From assembly GCA_011109175.1 (NCBI GenBank), contig RDEW01000022.1, positions 229,834 to 293,833 of the forward strand: a stretch of DNA of 64,000 nt, given 5' to 3'. This stretch comes from Dicyema japonicum (taxonomy: Eukaryota > Animalia > Dicyemida). The notes below the pieces were generated by a model. The model saw only the letters and a program-made list of their open reading frames with translations. It did not search any database and was not told where the DNA came from. Of the stretch, positions 40,166 to 62,269 are shown in pieces (the stretch's first letter is position 1; every line of letters starts with the position of its first letter). Position numbers and translations under genes: made by a program.

Positions 40166-41620
40166 TGTGTTGTGCCTAAGGGGAGCGATAACAGATATGG
40201 CTCCTCGGAAAGTGCGAATATTATGACAAGATTAATATGGAAAATATTTTTAATTGTGATGAAACTTGCCTTTTCATTAAAAAATTCAAATAAATCATTT
40301 GTCACTAAAGAACATTATTTGGTAAAAAATCTGTAAAGATATCAGTCCTTCTATGCTGTAGTATTAAAGATGAAAAATTAAAACCGTTGATTATTTATTA
40401 TTATTAGCAATGTCCGCGGAACCAGAAAAGTTAGCTAATTTGAGATTCCACTTTTGCCATACATCTCTGGATACACGCTGTGAGTCGTTTCCATCCTCCC
40501 TGTTTCTCGCATCCGCCCTCAGATCATCCAGCTCCTCTCCTGTTTTCAGTTTTCTCCCTATTCAAGTGAGTTCTTTGTCGACCTCGATACGCTGTTTTGT
40601 TTAATGCATAAAAGTATGATTCCATGGCCTGATGGATTCATGGATGACTGATATCTTGATTAGAAAAATTAATAATGAAATTTTCTTACAATCGACAAAT
40701 TTTAATTTTTATCGATAATGCTCGATGTCACATTTGTCAAAATTCAATATTTAATATTTGTTCTGAAGCACTAGAGAATATTATGATTTCAGACTGAACG
40801 TCTCAAAGATATTACGAAAAAATACAATATTGGGGGGAAAATCAACGATTACTATTTTAATTAATAATAAAATAAAATAGCTTCTTTTTTTAATATGCTA
40901 TTTAATTTTAAAAAAAATAAAAAATAGTATTGATAAAAGGATAATTTATTTCACTCTTTGTATTTGGAGCGTTTTCTATTGGGGTTGAACTGTATATGTA
41001 TTATCTCAGTAAACATCCAAAATCACAAATGAAAAAGGCGCAATTCCAAGCAAGTTAAATTACTTTTCCATGAGTTCTATAAGAAAAAAGTAGAATTCAT
41101 GTGACCAATTTTGGAGAGATACATGGAGTTGTTTGTCCGACTCTAAATGCGAAGAAACAATCTCATTGACTGTCGCAAATAATTCAAAAATAAGAATCAT
41201 CCAACATTTGAATGTGCATATTAAATCTCTGATATGACTATGTCTGAAAAATTTTTTTATTTTCGTATAAATTATTCCATACGAAACTAAAAACACCATT
41301 CAATAAGGCATACTGAATAGCTAAGATAACACGACTTTACAAGAGAATCTTGATAAACAAATTATAACAGTAAATCGTCTATGGATATTATTCAAATTAG
41401 TACAAATTTTTAGATCTCAATGGAATGAACTGTTAGTCTTATTTTTACACCGTTCATGACTTATTCATGATCATGAGGGTATGTGAAATAATGCTGTGAC
41501 GTTAACTATTTTCATAATTAAAAGGTAAGTTGAGCTATTTTTTTCTATAAAAATGAATATTTAAAAAATAGTATTTAAATTAAAAATATATTTAAATATT
41601 TTAAAAATTCCTTTCTTGTG

Positions 41621-42118
41621 ATGTCGCCTGCTGACTTTGAAGAGAACTCAGACTATTTGTGCTTCACGGAGGGTACTCATCCATAATATTTCAGAGTTTG
41701 AAAACGCTGAGACCCTACTAATATCCGAGGTGAGATTCCTCCTGCAACACAGGTAGTTAAACGACTCATTCTCAGAGAGGATACAAATAACGAAGACGAT
41801 GACGCCTTGGAATTGTCTGAGGTGTTCACTTCTGTCTTGGATTACTGCAACTCATTCAGTAAGTACAAGACAAGGGAGACAGTGGCGGCCGTGAGGAGGT
41901 TAGTACCCTTTATATGCCAGAGTCCTCGGAAAGTGCAATGTGCACAGATTTGAAAGAGCTCAATTGGCCAATTTGTCCCCTTCCACAGTAACACAGGCAA
42001 AGGCGTTGATTCCCAGGTTAACATGTCCACGTGTTTTAGTTTGTCTGATAAATTGTCAGATGAGGAGATTGCAGCCATAATCGATGATATGGAAGCCAAG
42101 ACTAAATTTCAGTTGTGA
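41621..42118 (+). CDS. POLR2D: RNA polymerase II subunit RPB4 (4 introns, 22-23 nt)
   Basis: Spliced translation contains EFENAETLLISEVRFLLQHR, ELSEVF, RETVAAVR, HRFERAQLANL and AKALIPSL. Confidence 0.95.
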
Positions 42119-42199
42119 TTTACATTTACTTTAATGATTATTTTTGTTATAAATCCTTTTTTCACATTCTGGACGTGACAGAATTAGAATCCATATCTT

Positions 42200-43115
42200 T
42201 CTCTAATTTTTAGTTTAAAAATCCGAATTTTCGATATCTCTTAGGTATGTAATTCCGTCTATTGAGAATTGGAAAAATGATGGGCTACATCCATATTGAG
42301 GAGATGACTTACAAGTTATATGCCATAGTGCACCTGAACAAATTCATTGTCCTGGAAGCTGAGATTGAAGCCAGAACTTGTCTGTAGGGACGAAAATGTC
42401 TCCTGTGGAATAAAGAGATGGATCCTTTTGAATGTCGGTCAGGCATTGAGTGTCTCCTGAGTCTTACATGTGTCGTGGCTTTTTAGTGTGCCAGGCGTCC
42501 CAGCTTCTTTAGGAAACAAAGAGATTTTCCGCTTATTCCTCCTGCAATGGGGCTGAATGTGAACTGATCATGCAGCGCTTCGTATTTTGTCTCCTGTGCT
42601 TTCATTGCTTTTTCCGACTTATACAGTGTGTCTACCAGGCTCCTGCCAGCACTGATGGACAAGACATCTTTCAATTAAGTGTGGCTGCTCTCAAAATTGA
42701 AAACGCATTTCCGTCTGATGACATTGGATATGACAGTCGAGGGTTCGAATCTGAAAGATGGAGTTTTCAACCAAGGTCAATTCTCGTCAAACAGATTCCA
42801 CCGTCAGGCGACGAGTACTTCTGGCAATACAAAGTTTATGAAATGGATCTTCCTATCTTCTCCCTTACAAAATTCACTGGTGAAAATTACCATTATGAAA
42901 TCTGTTCCGCTAAAGAATGAAGTGATTTCCGCAACGGTAGGTGATATGATGAAAATAATAGAGATATCATATTTCACCGCTCTTCAGAAGCGGACTAATA
43001 GATAATGGATTTGGTCGATACAAACAGACGTTCTTCTTGGGTTCCTTCCTTCGATTAATAGTTGTGAATGTTTGTGTTAGGTTTACGAAATATTAGGATT
43101 AATAAATAAATAAAA
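42200..43115 (+). mobile_element. Longest copy of family X, interrupted by a CRE fragment (~42380-42670, - strand)
   Basis: 42760-43115 aligns with 47795-48045 and 28291-28571; ends in (TAAA)n; no RT/APE motifs; 5' boundary uncertain. Confidence 0.6.
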
Positions 43116-43839
43116 ACGCACTGCCCGCACGTCGCCCTCCAGAAGTTTCCGGTTTACTCTCTCCTTTAGTTTGTCGGGACGTCTTTGGTGTATCCTTCTC
43201 TGGTTTCGACTTCATTGACATTAAGTGGCTGTTTAAGTGTTGCGTTGTGACTGATAAAATTCATTATGCTTCGTTTCGGTTTTCCGGATAAGTTGAGCTG
43301 GGAGTTTGTTTCTTTATATTGTCCTCAGATCCCGTTATAGGTATTTCGAGTGCGACAGGTGCATATAAAAGTTTTAGCCAGGATTCCCAACTGTCAGAGG
43401 ACAGTGCGTGATCAATGGCTTCTGAAAGACGCGTTGCTGCTGCAATTCGTACTCCTTTAGAAATTTTTACTGGGATCTACCTGGCTTTCCGGAGGTTCGA
43501 AATCTTCAAGATAGTGTGGTCAGTATGTGGCAGTGTAAAGTTTGGCTGGGTTATTTTTTCCCGCCTGGGAAACTCCTATCTAATACAAGAGGGGCACAGT
43601 CAACTCGACAGCGTCTCGGCGCAAGCTTCACTCATTTTTATGCAGCTCAAATGGACGAATGATTCACATGGCGTGCAGTTAATTCAAAATTTCCTGAGTT
43701 GTTCTTACTGGCTTTGTTCCTCGTAAGAGACATACCTGAGTTGTTCTTACTGGCTTTGTTCCTCGTACTTCGTCTTCTTTTCGTTCTTTATTTTCCATCT
43801 GAGATTTTAGTTGATCACACCCACACGTTTATTTATTAT

Positions 43840-44850
43840 CGAGTCACTAGTTAAGTCCGCTTCGACTAACTTGGTTGGAAGCAATGTAAGCTTCCCTCTG
43901 GATTTGGGGGGTCGGTCTGAGATCGGCGCTGGAAGTTGCGTACCCGGCGTATCTATCGTCTCTCAAGCTGCAGTCATTTGACACGGCAAGTCTTTCATCA
44001 CACTGTTGGACTTTGCTGGCATGAGTCATTTGACGAAGTTTGTCGGAAATGGAACGGGTCCAGACTTAAAATCCCCGAAGACACAACGAAGCAAAGTAAT
44101 TGAGATAACATTGTCTGCTCCAAAATTTTGGAAAAACCTTAAAAAAAAGCAAATCAACATTGTCTGGCTTGTTTGGTGTCAGCTTCAAATGGAGGGAGTG
44201 GAGCATTGTTTGGTGCAATACCTTGCCCAAACCTAGGGACTCTTTTGGACCACGAATCTTTGAGGATTGGAATCGGACAAAGGCTAGGACTAGACGTTTG
44301 CCAGGAGCACCGATTCCGATGCGGAAAAATAGTCGATGCGAAGGGATTGCACCTGCTATCCTGCAGAAAAAGTGCCGAAAGAGGACCACGTCACGCTACT
44401 CTGATCGACGTTATCGTCAGAGCTCTGAAGGCTACAGGCTTTCCATCACAGCTTGAACCAGTGGGTCTCGATTGAGGAGATGGAAAGAGACCTGACGGAA
44501 TGACCTTTTCCCTTACACATCCAGAAGATCTTTGGTCTGGGACGCAACTTGTGTTGACACATATTCAAAAACGAACCTTTTCAAATCGGTTCAGACACCT
44601 GGAGCAGCTGCTTCAACCGCGGAATATCTAAAAAATAAAGAAATATTCTTGCCACGGGGACCAGTACCGATTTACTACTGTTACGGTCGAGTCATCAGGA
44701 GTTGTTGGTCCAATGACGGCTGAGTTTTTGCGCGAACTTGGAGGAATGTTTATGAGAAGGGTTCTGGCTAAGACAATAGATTGGACTGGCAATACTCCGA
44801 GGGAACTCGTTTGCGATCCACGCAGCCGGTTTCCTCATTTGTTTCTTTGA
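43840..44850 (+). mobile_element. CRE-like retrotransposon, 3' kb
   Basis: Close relative of 13838-14900; GKRPDG, WDATCVDT, ILRGN. Confidence 0.9.
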
Positions 44851-45070
44851 AAATAATGATAATTTAACTGTCATTTAATTTAAGAAACAGTGGCCACTTC
44901 CCGGACTAAGGCAATCCCAAACAGTTAAAATTATCGGTTACAATGTATTCCCATATTTCATATTAAAATCTAAAAATGTAAATTCCAATTGTCGTGACAG
45001 TTAATGATTTATTTTGCTAAAAGTAAAAACTATAAATTAAATGTTTACGGGAAATCAATTATAGCCGAGA

Positions 45071-46570
45071 ATGATTTCTCAAGTATTGACAATTATTCAG
45101 GGAGTATTAATATTATAAATATAATGATCTATGGACTCCTCTACATATACAAATATGCAACAACTTTACTAATATGCAGAGTCATTTGCTTCACTCTCAT
45201 CAGAATATAACCATTCGCTACATATTTTCGGTTTTAGCAGGATTTTATTTACTGTACGAAGGTTTTGGAATGTTTTTTATTATATTTATTATTAGAGAAG
45301 CATTGCACGTGCTAGCTCACTCACTGATAATATATTTGATAATACTGTACATCCCCATGACATAAAAGTCCCATGTTCATTCATCGTATCCTTCCTATAT
45401 TTGTGGATACTCCATTCCAAAGCCGCGTGGATGCAATACAGGAATTTGTCCACGTCTGGCATTGCTAGGTTAGACTTGGGGACTTATTATTAGTCCATTT
45501 ATGATTTCCATTCAAAAATTAACTGCTTTAGTTATGTCTTACCACGATGGTCACTATAACCATCACGTGGAGGAAGTAAACAAGAAATACGTTCTAAAGT
45601 CTTTATATATTTATTTTTAGAAAAACTCCGTCATTGTTACAAGTCCTGGGATATATATTCAGTTTCCATGGAGTATTCTTCGGTCCCTTCTTCCATTTCA
45701 ACGATTACATTGGATACTTTGAATCCATAGAGGTTGTTTGCTTATTTTACTTAAAGAAACCAAAATTCCCCATAAAATCTGTTTTAAGGAAATTCATTTC
45801 TTCTTTATTAATTATTCGGTTATTAGCTGATTTGGAACAATATGGAGAGCCCATGTGGATTTACGGTTTTCATTTATTTTATTCCACAGACAAATCAAAG
45901 GAAATAGATTCGGTTTTTTCATTTTTTCAGTTCTATTTTTACGCATATGTGTTTATCCTCATCACAAGATTGAAGTACTACTTTTTCTGGGTGTTGTGTA
46001 TTAAGTGTTCTTTAATTAGCCGACGGACTTTTTAATTTGATTGGATTCGGATATAATAAAAACCGACACGTGGGCTGGAACAACGAACGTGGATATTTTT
46101 GGTTTTGAGGTATTTTTATAATTCAATCTTAGTTTGCTTCTCATTTGCAGAATGCGGTGGCTAGTTGGAACATGGGAACAGTGAAATGGATCCGTTACAT
46201 CCTTTATAGTAGAAATATACCGTATAAACGAATCAAACTGTTCTTTTTCATGGCTATTTGGCATGGAGTCTACGCAGGGTATTATATTTTCTATTTGAAC
46301 TTTTACATGTTTTTACATGCAACTATTAAAGTATAAGGAGGGTCACGTGTAGATGTAAAAGTTCAGTAAAAGGATGAATATCCCACCGATATTGTCAAAA
46401 CCAGTCCATTCAGTCTGGACTCTTGTATCGATTGGATATATCTCCATCCCCTACGTTGTCCGAACATTGACCATTACATTTGAAATTTATTGGTAAAAAA
46501 TGTTTTTTGTTTTAGGTCTCTTGGTTTCTCGTTACATTTTGTGGCTTTAATTATTATTTTAGTAATTTGA
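45071..46570 (+). CDS. MBOAT-family lysophospholipid acyltransferase (micro-introns; apparent frameshifts; start uncertain)
   Basis: QKLTAL..YHDG, GYIFSF...FFGP, RLKYYFFW, SWNMGTVKWIRY and AIWHGVYAGYY (catalytic His); frame breaks at ~45360 and ~46060. Confidence 0.85.
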
Positions 46571-46689
46571 GTTTGGTTATATTTTTAACTGAGGAATTAA
46601 ACTCTTCATACTTTTTATAAGATTCAAATTCGAATGTTATCGATATTAAGCAAAATTTTTGTTGAGTTAGTGAATTTAGTAAAATAATA

Positions 46690-47790
46690 AATCAGATACA
46701 AAGGTTACATAAAATAACTGATCAAGTGATCCCAGCAGCTCAACTTGACCTGATGCTCTTCCCTCGACCCCACACAAGCACGTAGATCTTCATAGTCGGC
46801 CGAATGACTGGATCTTCATAGTCACGACGACACGTTTCACGTTTCGTGCGTATGATGGATTTTAGAGACATTGGAGGCTGGGACTCACCAGAAGTCCATC
46901 GTTCCGTAATTTTGGAGGCTATTTTTCAGCTAGACTCGATCTTCAAGACATTTGTCCAAGATATGAATGGATCCCAGATGCCACATGGATAAGAAATGCA
47001 GGTTTAATGAATTTGTTGTAAATAGTATTCAGGATAGGGCTATTTCCTAGCTTCCATAATCCATATAGACATTTCGAAGCATTGGTTTTTTTCACATTTT
47101 AATTACATTTTCAACATGGGGGAGAATAAAATGTGCATGTCAAAAGTCACCCCAAGGATCTTTCGGGATTTTCTAAACTGGATAACATCATTGTTAGCTT
47201 TCAAATCGACCGCCTGTCTTCCCAGTGTCATGTCTGATGTAAAGGGAGTTGTGACAAACTTCTCGATGCTGGTAGACAGGCGATTCTTCAATAACCATTC
47301 GTTAAGACGGTCCAGATTTTGTTGCAATCTCGAAGTAGCAATCTGGATTTCCTGATAACGTGACCGAATGACAATTACATCGGCATAAGTCAGAGAATAT
47401 CACACTGATCTCATGGGTGGGGAGATCCGCCATAAATAGAATATTAATGGAGACAAAAGGGATCCTTGGGGAATTCCATTAGGAAGAAGCCGGGAGATAG
47501 ATCTTGACTGGCCATTGCAGACGCGTCCCCTCCGACCACTAAGGAAGTTAGCTAACCAGAGCTTAAGCTTTTCAGGGATCTTTTTTTGGTAAATTTTCCA
47601 AGTAAGAATCCTCCTTGACACAGAGTCAATAACTTTGTGGACGTCAATAGAGCAAAATACAGTCTTCATATCTTCCGACTTGTGCGAAAAACCATATCGT
47701 ATTTAGTTAGTCAATGCTGATAATTGGTTCGAAGTAGCTGAATGAAACCGGATCCTTCTTCACTTTTCCGGGTTTCAAAATTGGACGTAG
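46690..47790 (-). mobile_element. Degenerate APE-type LINE
   Basis: WLANFLSGRRG, NGIPQGS, YAD, ILGVTFD; ends LLGIT*. Confidence 0.85.
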
Positions 47791-47794
47791 ATGG

Positions 47795-48045
47795 GCAGGA
47801 GTTTTCAGTCAAGGTCAATTCTCGTCCAACAGATCCAGCCATGAGCCGACGAGTCATTCTGGCACTATAAGTTTGTGAAAAAGATCTTCTTACCTTCTAC
47901 TTGACAAATTCCACTTGTAAAGATTACTATTATGAAAATTCGTCCGCGGTAGGTAGTATGTAAAATTGATAAAAGCTAACATACTATTCTACCTCTCATT
48001 GGAAGCGGAAGTTTGTAATGGATTATCGGATAATGAATTTGGTCT
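47795..48045 (+). mobile_element. Family X fragment
   Basis: Aligns with 42760-43020. Confidence 0.7.
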
Positions 48046-48259
48046 CAACTGTCCACCGAGATATTTGTATTTTTTTTCCTTAAGGGTCTAGGCTCGTGCT
48101 AATCCTGAGTTGGTTGATGTAAGTGTAAGTTAGAGGAGAGAGATCTCCCACACAGGTGGCATCCTAGACGAGGTATCTAAAGAGTTTCCATGTATTTTGT
48201 TACCTGAAAACAGTCTAAGAGGCTCCAACTCGACAAGGAATCCGGCGGCTTCAAGTCTC

Positions 48260-48337
48260 CGTTGATAGCTCTGAGCCTCGTTGATAGCTCTGAGCCTCGT
48301 TGATAGCTCTGAGCCTCGTTTATAGCTCTGAGCCTCG
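48260..48337. repeat. 19-bp tandem repeat x4 inside a CRE fragment (48177-48405, - strand)
   Basis: cgttgatagctctgagcct repeated; the flank encodes VDAKGLHALS. Confidence 0.9.
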
Positions 48338-49214
48338 GACTCCTTCCAGCACTCCCTTGAAAAGAGAGTGCGTGAAGACCTTTAGCGTCGACCATCCTTC
48401 GCATCTACAGAGAAAAATAGATTAACTCAGGCAGGACACACAATTTATTTAAGTAAAGAACGGGTATTATATTCGAACTACAGGCCATCAGGCTTCTTGT
48501 ACCCATAATTGATTCATAAAATATAATTATTGTAGAAATAATAATTTTAACGAAGTATAACACAATATTCAAAGTATCACTAAATATCATACAAACCAGA
48601 TTTTATGAACAAATTGTCATAATCATAATACATGCAAATAAAATGAGTTCTTAACTTCACTAATTAGCCGTTTCTCCATCAACTTAGAGACTTTAGTATT
48701 TCTTGATAAAAACAAATTCAATGGTTATTTCGAACATTAAAATTATTGATTACTAACAAGGGGTACGTCTATAGTTTTGGATATAGAAAAGTATCTTTGT
48801 TGGATTCTAGTGAGTATTACACATAAGAAGATATTAATCTTAAAAAGGTTGAGTCAATGATGTTGTAATGACTTAGATTATGACTTGAGTGAATTAATGC
48901 TGAGAGTTAACCACATTCCTTGAGAGTTAAATTAATAAATATAGTCAATGTGATTCGCAGTAGAGATCCACGGATTCGTGATTAAAAATTAGACACTCAA
49001 GCTGGAGATTCAATGGAAACTCTAAATCTTTGTGAATAACCGAATTCTTAAAAAATCTGTATTGGAGACAGAATATAACTTTATGATACAAAATGTTATG
49101 TTTTGATATTAACGATAGCATCTTTGCCAATAATAATAACCCATGTATAGTTAGTGATGTAGGTTGAACAAATTAAATATTACTTGCATTAAGGTAACAT
49201 GTTCGTATTTATTA

Positions 49215-50120
49215 AATTTTTTTATTTTTTATTTTATTTAACACCCAAGATCACGGTAAAACCAAAACTAACTATCACGTGATCCCACCAAAATCCTCAT
49301 TCTTTCCCGGTGCTCCTCCCTCGTACCCACACAAGCTCGTGCTGGGCGGCTGACTGTATTTGCAGGGCCACTTTCCCGCATGCCGGAATTTTGTTTAATG
49401 AGGGCCTCCAGAGTAGTCGGTCCGGTTATGTGTCTCCCACAAGACCACCGCTCCGTCATTCTAAAAGCCTTCTTTTGAACGTCCTAGATTTTCTTAGTGT
49501 TCGTCCATAATAATGAAGGTCTCCACGAAGCACACCCGTACGAGAAACATGGTTCGATGTATTGTTTGTAAATGTTCATCAAGACTGGGTGGGTACTTGT
49601 CTTCCATATTCCAGATAAACATTTTAATACATTGATCCTCTTCTCGCACTTCAGAACAATGTTTACCACGTGTGGTGACAAACACAAGTGCGTATCCAGT
49701 GTCACGCCCAAAATCTTCTGACATTTGGTGAAGGGGATTTCAATGTTGTCAATTTTAACTTGATAGTCATTTTCCCCCAACCTTTTGTCCGAAGTAAACA
49801 TAGACGTGACCGACTTTCTGGAATTTATAGTGAGTCGGTTCTTCATTACCCAGTCGTTGAGTCAGTCCAGGTTAATTTGTAATCTTTCTGTAGCATTTTG
49901 GATATCCCGATCACGTGAGGCCAAAACAATGTCGTTCGCATATGAGAGTAGAACATCGTTATTGGATTCCGGTGTCGGAAGGTCGGCCAGGTATAAATTG
50001 AATAAGGCGGGGTATAAATGAGATCCTTGGGGGACACCATTTGGGAGAGGACGCGAGACTGATTTCAGTCCTCCGAGGCATACACGTTCCCTCCGTCCAC
50101 TTAAGAAATTTGTTATCCAA
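49215..50120 (-). mobile_element. 5'-truncated APE-type LINE
   Basis: NGVPQGS, ILGVTLD, YKQYIEP..YGCASW; stem GGGATCACG/CGTGATCTT and tail. Confidence 0.88.
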
Positions 50121-50314
50121 CGTTTACAATTTGATAATGTTTTTAATGTTATGTTTAATATTGGATTTGTTAGAACAGGTTTTCGTGTTTTTCGACTTTT
50201 ATTGCTTCAATTCCACTAAAATAAATATTAAAATTATAAAAAAAATATAAATATAATAATATTTTAGATTGGTTAACCTAGAGTCATAAATATCATAATT
50301 ACGTAACTAAAATA

Positions 50315-50752
50315 ATGTCTGCCCTTCCTTCAGGTAGGCTGTTGTTTGACAATAAAGTTCAAACAATTACTGGATATGTTAGATGGTTTAGTGTGGATAG
50401 AGGTTTTGGGTTTATTGAAAGGTATTATTATTAATTATAAATAGGGATGATAACGGCAAGGATGTCTTTGTCCATGTGGTAATGTTTATGCTGAAGTAAT
50501 AGAGGAACATAGGACAAATTGCGCAAAATGATACATGGAGTCTCGAAAAAGGGGAGCCTGTTGAGTTCGAGATAAGAAAGGGAAAAGGTGGAATTGAAGC
50601 CTTTAACGTGACCGGAGTAAATGGGAAACAACTTTTCGGTAATCGTTCGGCCATCTCGGTTTTGTTTGTTATTACTTTAGGATTTCGACGGTTTAATATT
50701 TCACCCTCGAAGAAGGCCTGTCAAAGCACAGCCTAAGAATCTCCCTTCGTAA
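50315..50752 (+). CDS. Cold-shock-domain (Y-box/LIN28-like) small nucleic-acid-binding protein (3-4 micro-introns)
   Basis: TGYVRWFSVDRGFGFIER, DVFVHV, SLEKGEPVEFEI..GKGG.EAFNVTG; introns of 22-24 nt. Confidence 0.9.
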
Positions 50753-51019
50753 TTAATTTTTCTTTAATGTGTTATTTTGGTTGAAAAGTTATGATAAAAA
50801 TGAAACATCGTAAAAATCATTAGGAGTAACTGAAATGAATTAATAGTCTGGCTTATTAATTGTCAATCCACGTTATAACATAATTGCGGCTTTTTATTAC
50901 GTCCTTTGATCTTCTCGAGTTTCATTTTTTTCGTTCGTTTATATGTGTTTTTAAATGGGCAGTATCTCCAATATAGGCATCAGTTCATGTAGAGAACGTA
51001 AAACAATATGAGGGGTCTC

Positions 51020-51410
51020 TAAACACGACTAAGTCTATTAATTGTATTGTCGTCCAACCACAAGTTGACATGAGATTTCATATTGCGGGAACATCGTCGA
51101 CTGAAAAAGCGAAGAGGAAAGGTCCCAATAAGTCTCCTCGCACTTAGCTGTTGGTGAAAGACCTCTTCTTTGAACACAAAGGCGCTTTTGGTCCTGTACG
51201 TCAAGTATCCAAGATTCAGAAATCTTGAACATGGATCGCGCACGCCTCGAGAAGGCAGACACGTCTAACACTGTTTGACAAGTTTGAAATGTCCAATTTG
51301 ACAAAGACTATTCCTCGGACAGTCTACAAGGGATAAACTACAGCTGCTTCACAACTATTTCGAACAACGAAACCCATTTGGACGGACAACAACCTTTGAA
51401 AAATACTGTG
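51020..51410 (-). mobile_element. CRE-like RT fragment
   Basis: MGFVVRK..CEAAV, NLWLDD remnants. Confidence 0.6.
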
Positions 51411-51542
51411 CATGTATCTTTGAGAAATTGGTATACAAAAACTATGTGATTAGTATTCAATATTTTAAGCATTTACACAGATTAATCGCAAGAACAAAAG
51501 ACTTAAATGTTATTACCACAGTTTGTAAAATAAGAGTGTTAG

Positions 51543-58432
<6,890 letters not shown>

Positions 58433-59509
58433 TTGTCAAACTTCGCCACATATGTTTTAATATTATCCGTCATTAATCGAATATCATACAATACAAACAT
58501 CTGTCATAACAATCTATCTTCAGACATCATGGTGGCTATTCCACAAACTTGAGGACTCGTTGTTGGGAATACTAGAGTATGGCTGGACACTGGAATCAAC
58601 ACTTTGAGCACACTCATTTATGATAAGTTATCGGGGGACAAACTTTCTTCTAGAAAACGAATTGGGCATCTAAGTCCATGCAATTCCTATGACATGATTA
58701 ACTCCACAGAGAGTACTCGAGGCAGTTGAAAGTAGACAGAAATATCCACGCAAGCAAGAGAACCCTCAAGAACATGTCCTTTGAAGCGTCTTCTTGTGAG
58801 ACTAAAGTGCAGGAAAATAATAGTTGAACAAAATCTTTGATATGGCAAAAGTAGTTAGTCTGAATAGTTGTTTCGATATAATAGCTATTCACAAAAATAT
58901 AAGATCCCCACCTTGGAGGATTTACAATACAAGGATTTGTCTTATCTTCAATTTTAATATTTATCTAAGTATTAGAGTAGTTGTTGATCCAAATTATTGA
59001 AATAATCATATAGGGGGATTACTTTCAAATCATCATGTCCTCGGAACTGATTGGAAGCAGAGATAAACGTTTAAGCAGACGTTTGTGTCGAAAATTATCT
59101 TCAAACGACTGATTGCATGTCCTCGTTGTTTCTTCTGTGGTAACTCATATAATTCTTAAAGCACTTAGAAGTAACTCACAACAATGATATGATTTTTACT
59201 TGTAATTTGTTTATGATGATTCTGTGAGGTAATTTGCTCAATTTTCAATATATTATTTTTGTTAATTTCACATTTTGGTAGATATTATAGACTGAACCGA
59301 ATGTTTCTTCAAATCACGGATTATTAATAAATATATTCACAAATGATTGAAATAATAACTTAAAATTAATAAAATTGTGATTTGTTCCCCAACAGCATGT
59401 CAACTGGCTCTCGTAAGAACTGAAAGATCTACCAAATGGAAGCTATTGCGTATTGAGGATATAAAGTAAAAAAGGTATAGATTAACCGAAACAAAAAATC
59501 AGAACCAAA

Positions 59510-60960
<1,451 letters not shown>

Positions 60961-61039
60961 GAATACCTATTTTATTTAAATTAATTTATATTTTAATATT
61001 ATTATTTATTATTTAATTACCAAATAGATGAGTTTTCAC

Positions 61040-61792
61040 TTGATACTTATACTTTTAATATCTCCACAAACTATAACTTATCCCTCCTTTATCTCCTACT
61101 GTTTAACCCTTTCTGGCCGACTCTGGAATCTGATTAATGATGTTCTACTCTTATGCGGGTGATATTGTCTTGGCTTTGCGAGATCGGGGCATTCAGAAGG
61201 CCACAGAAGGAATACAAATTATCCTGGACCGGCTTAAAGCCTGGATAATGGCAACCGAGTCATAGTGAATGCAGAAAGTCGGCCACGTCTGTCACCTTGA
61301 AGTTAAACTAGGTCGACATCCCTTTCAACAGATGTCAAAGGATCATGGATGTGACACTTGATATGCATCTTTATCTATCACCACACGTAGAAAGCAGGCT
61401 TGTAAAAAAGGTTAATCGGGAATATGGAAGAGTGGTACTCACCCGGTCCTGATAACATGTAGAAACAGTACATCGAGCCACGTTTGTCATATGCATGCGC
61501 CTCGTGGAGACCGTCCATATCTTGGACAAATATGAGCAAAACCGAGGAAATGCAAAAGAAGGTTTTCAGAGTAACGAAGCGTCGGATTTGTGGAGATCAC
61601 AAAACCAGATCGAAGCCTCTGAGACTATACTCAAGAATGCGGCCCCGTAAATTCAGTCAGCCGTCCTCTTGTCAGATCATGCGCGGGCACTAGAGAGGAA
61701 CACCGGGCAAAGATGAGATCACTGTTGGCACGGATCGAGCTCACGAGATAATTAGTTTACCGTGGTTTTTGGTTGTTAAATAAAAATAAATA
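61040..61792 (+). mobile_element. Degenerate LINE fragment (relative of 49215-50120)
   Basis: KQYIEP..SYACASWRP; family tail. Confidence 0.8.
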
Positions 61793-61799
61793 ACTCTAT

Positions 61800-62265
61800 C
61801 CCTAGCAAATGTGTGCACTTTTTCAGAGGTCCCCTCTAACTTTGGATGAATCTATTGCAATATTCTACTGACAGACCATCGCGTCGGCTTTATAGTATCC
61901 TTCTGTTGCGTGGGGATTCGTACTATCTGAGACTATGGTCCACAGACTCAATTCAATTTACCCAACAAATATTAATATCACTTTCTTACTCATGGATGCT
62001 ACGACTCATAGTCGTGGTTCCATATTTCTCCGCTTTTGTGAGGAGGATGGAAACCCTCTTCTATTTCAAGGCAAAAAAACCGGTTGGTACAAAAGTTCCC
62101 TTCTCCACCTAGATTCATCTGCGGGAATGAAATATGGGTATTTCGAATGGTGGTGGTATGAAGGTATGATAGAAGACCAGAAGTTGAATGGCTCAATTGA
62201 TTGCGGGAACTGGGATCACCTAACTGTTTGACGTTTTTTTCTGTCTTTCTGGAATTCTAAATAAA
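61800..62265 (+). mobile_element. 3' end of a divergent LINE subfamily
   Basis: YPSVAWG..LSET corresponds to the YACAAWG motif; ends AGTGIT* with tail. Confidence 0.65.
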
Positions 62266-62269
62266 TCAC

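Noticed and set aside
58480-59290. Possible gene between ferlin and PSMC2 (similarly 35965-36720 and 40950-41480)
   Set aside because: Coding-like composition, but no consistent spliced ORF or family could be reconstructed
61935-62231. Trp-rich ORF as a cargo gene on a LINE tail
   Set aside because: The upstream YPSVAWG motif and the terminal GIT* show it is a frameshifted LINE C-terminus
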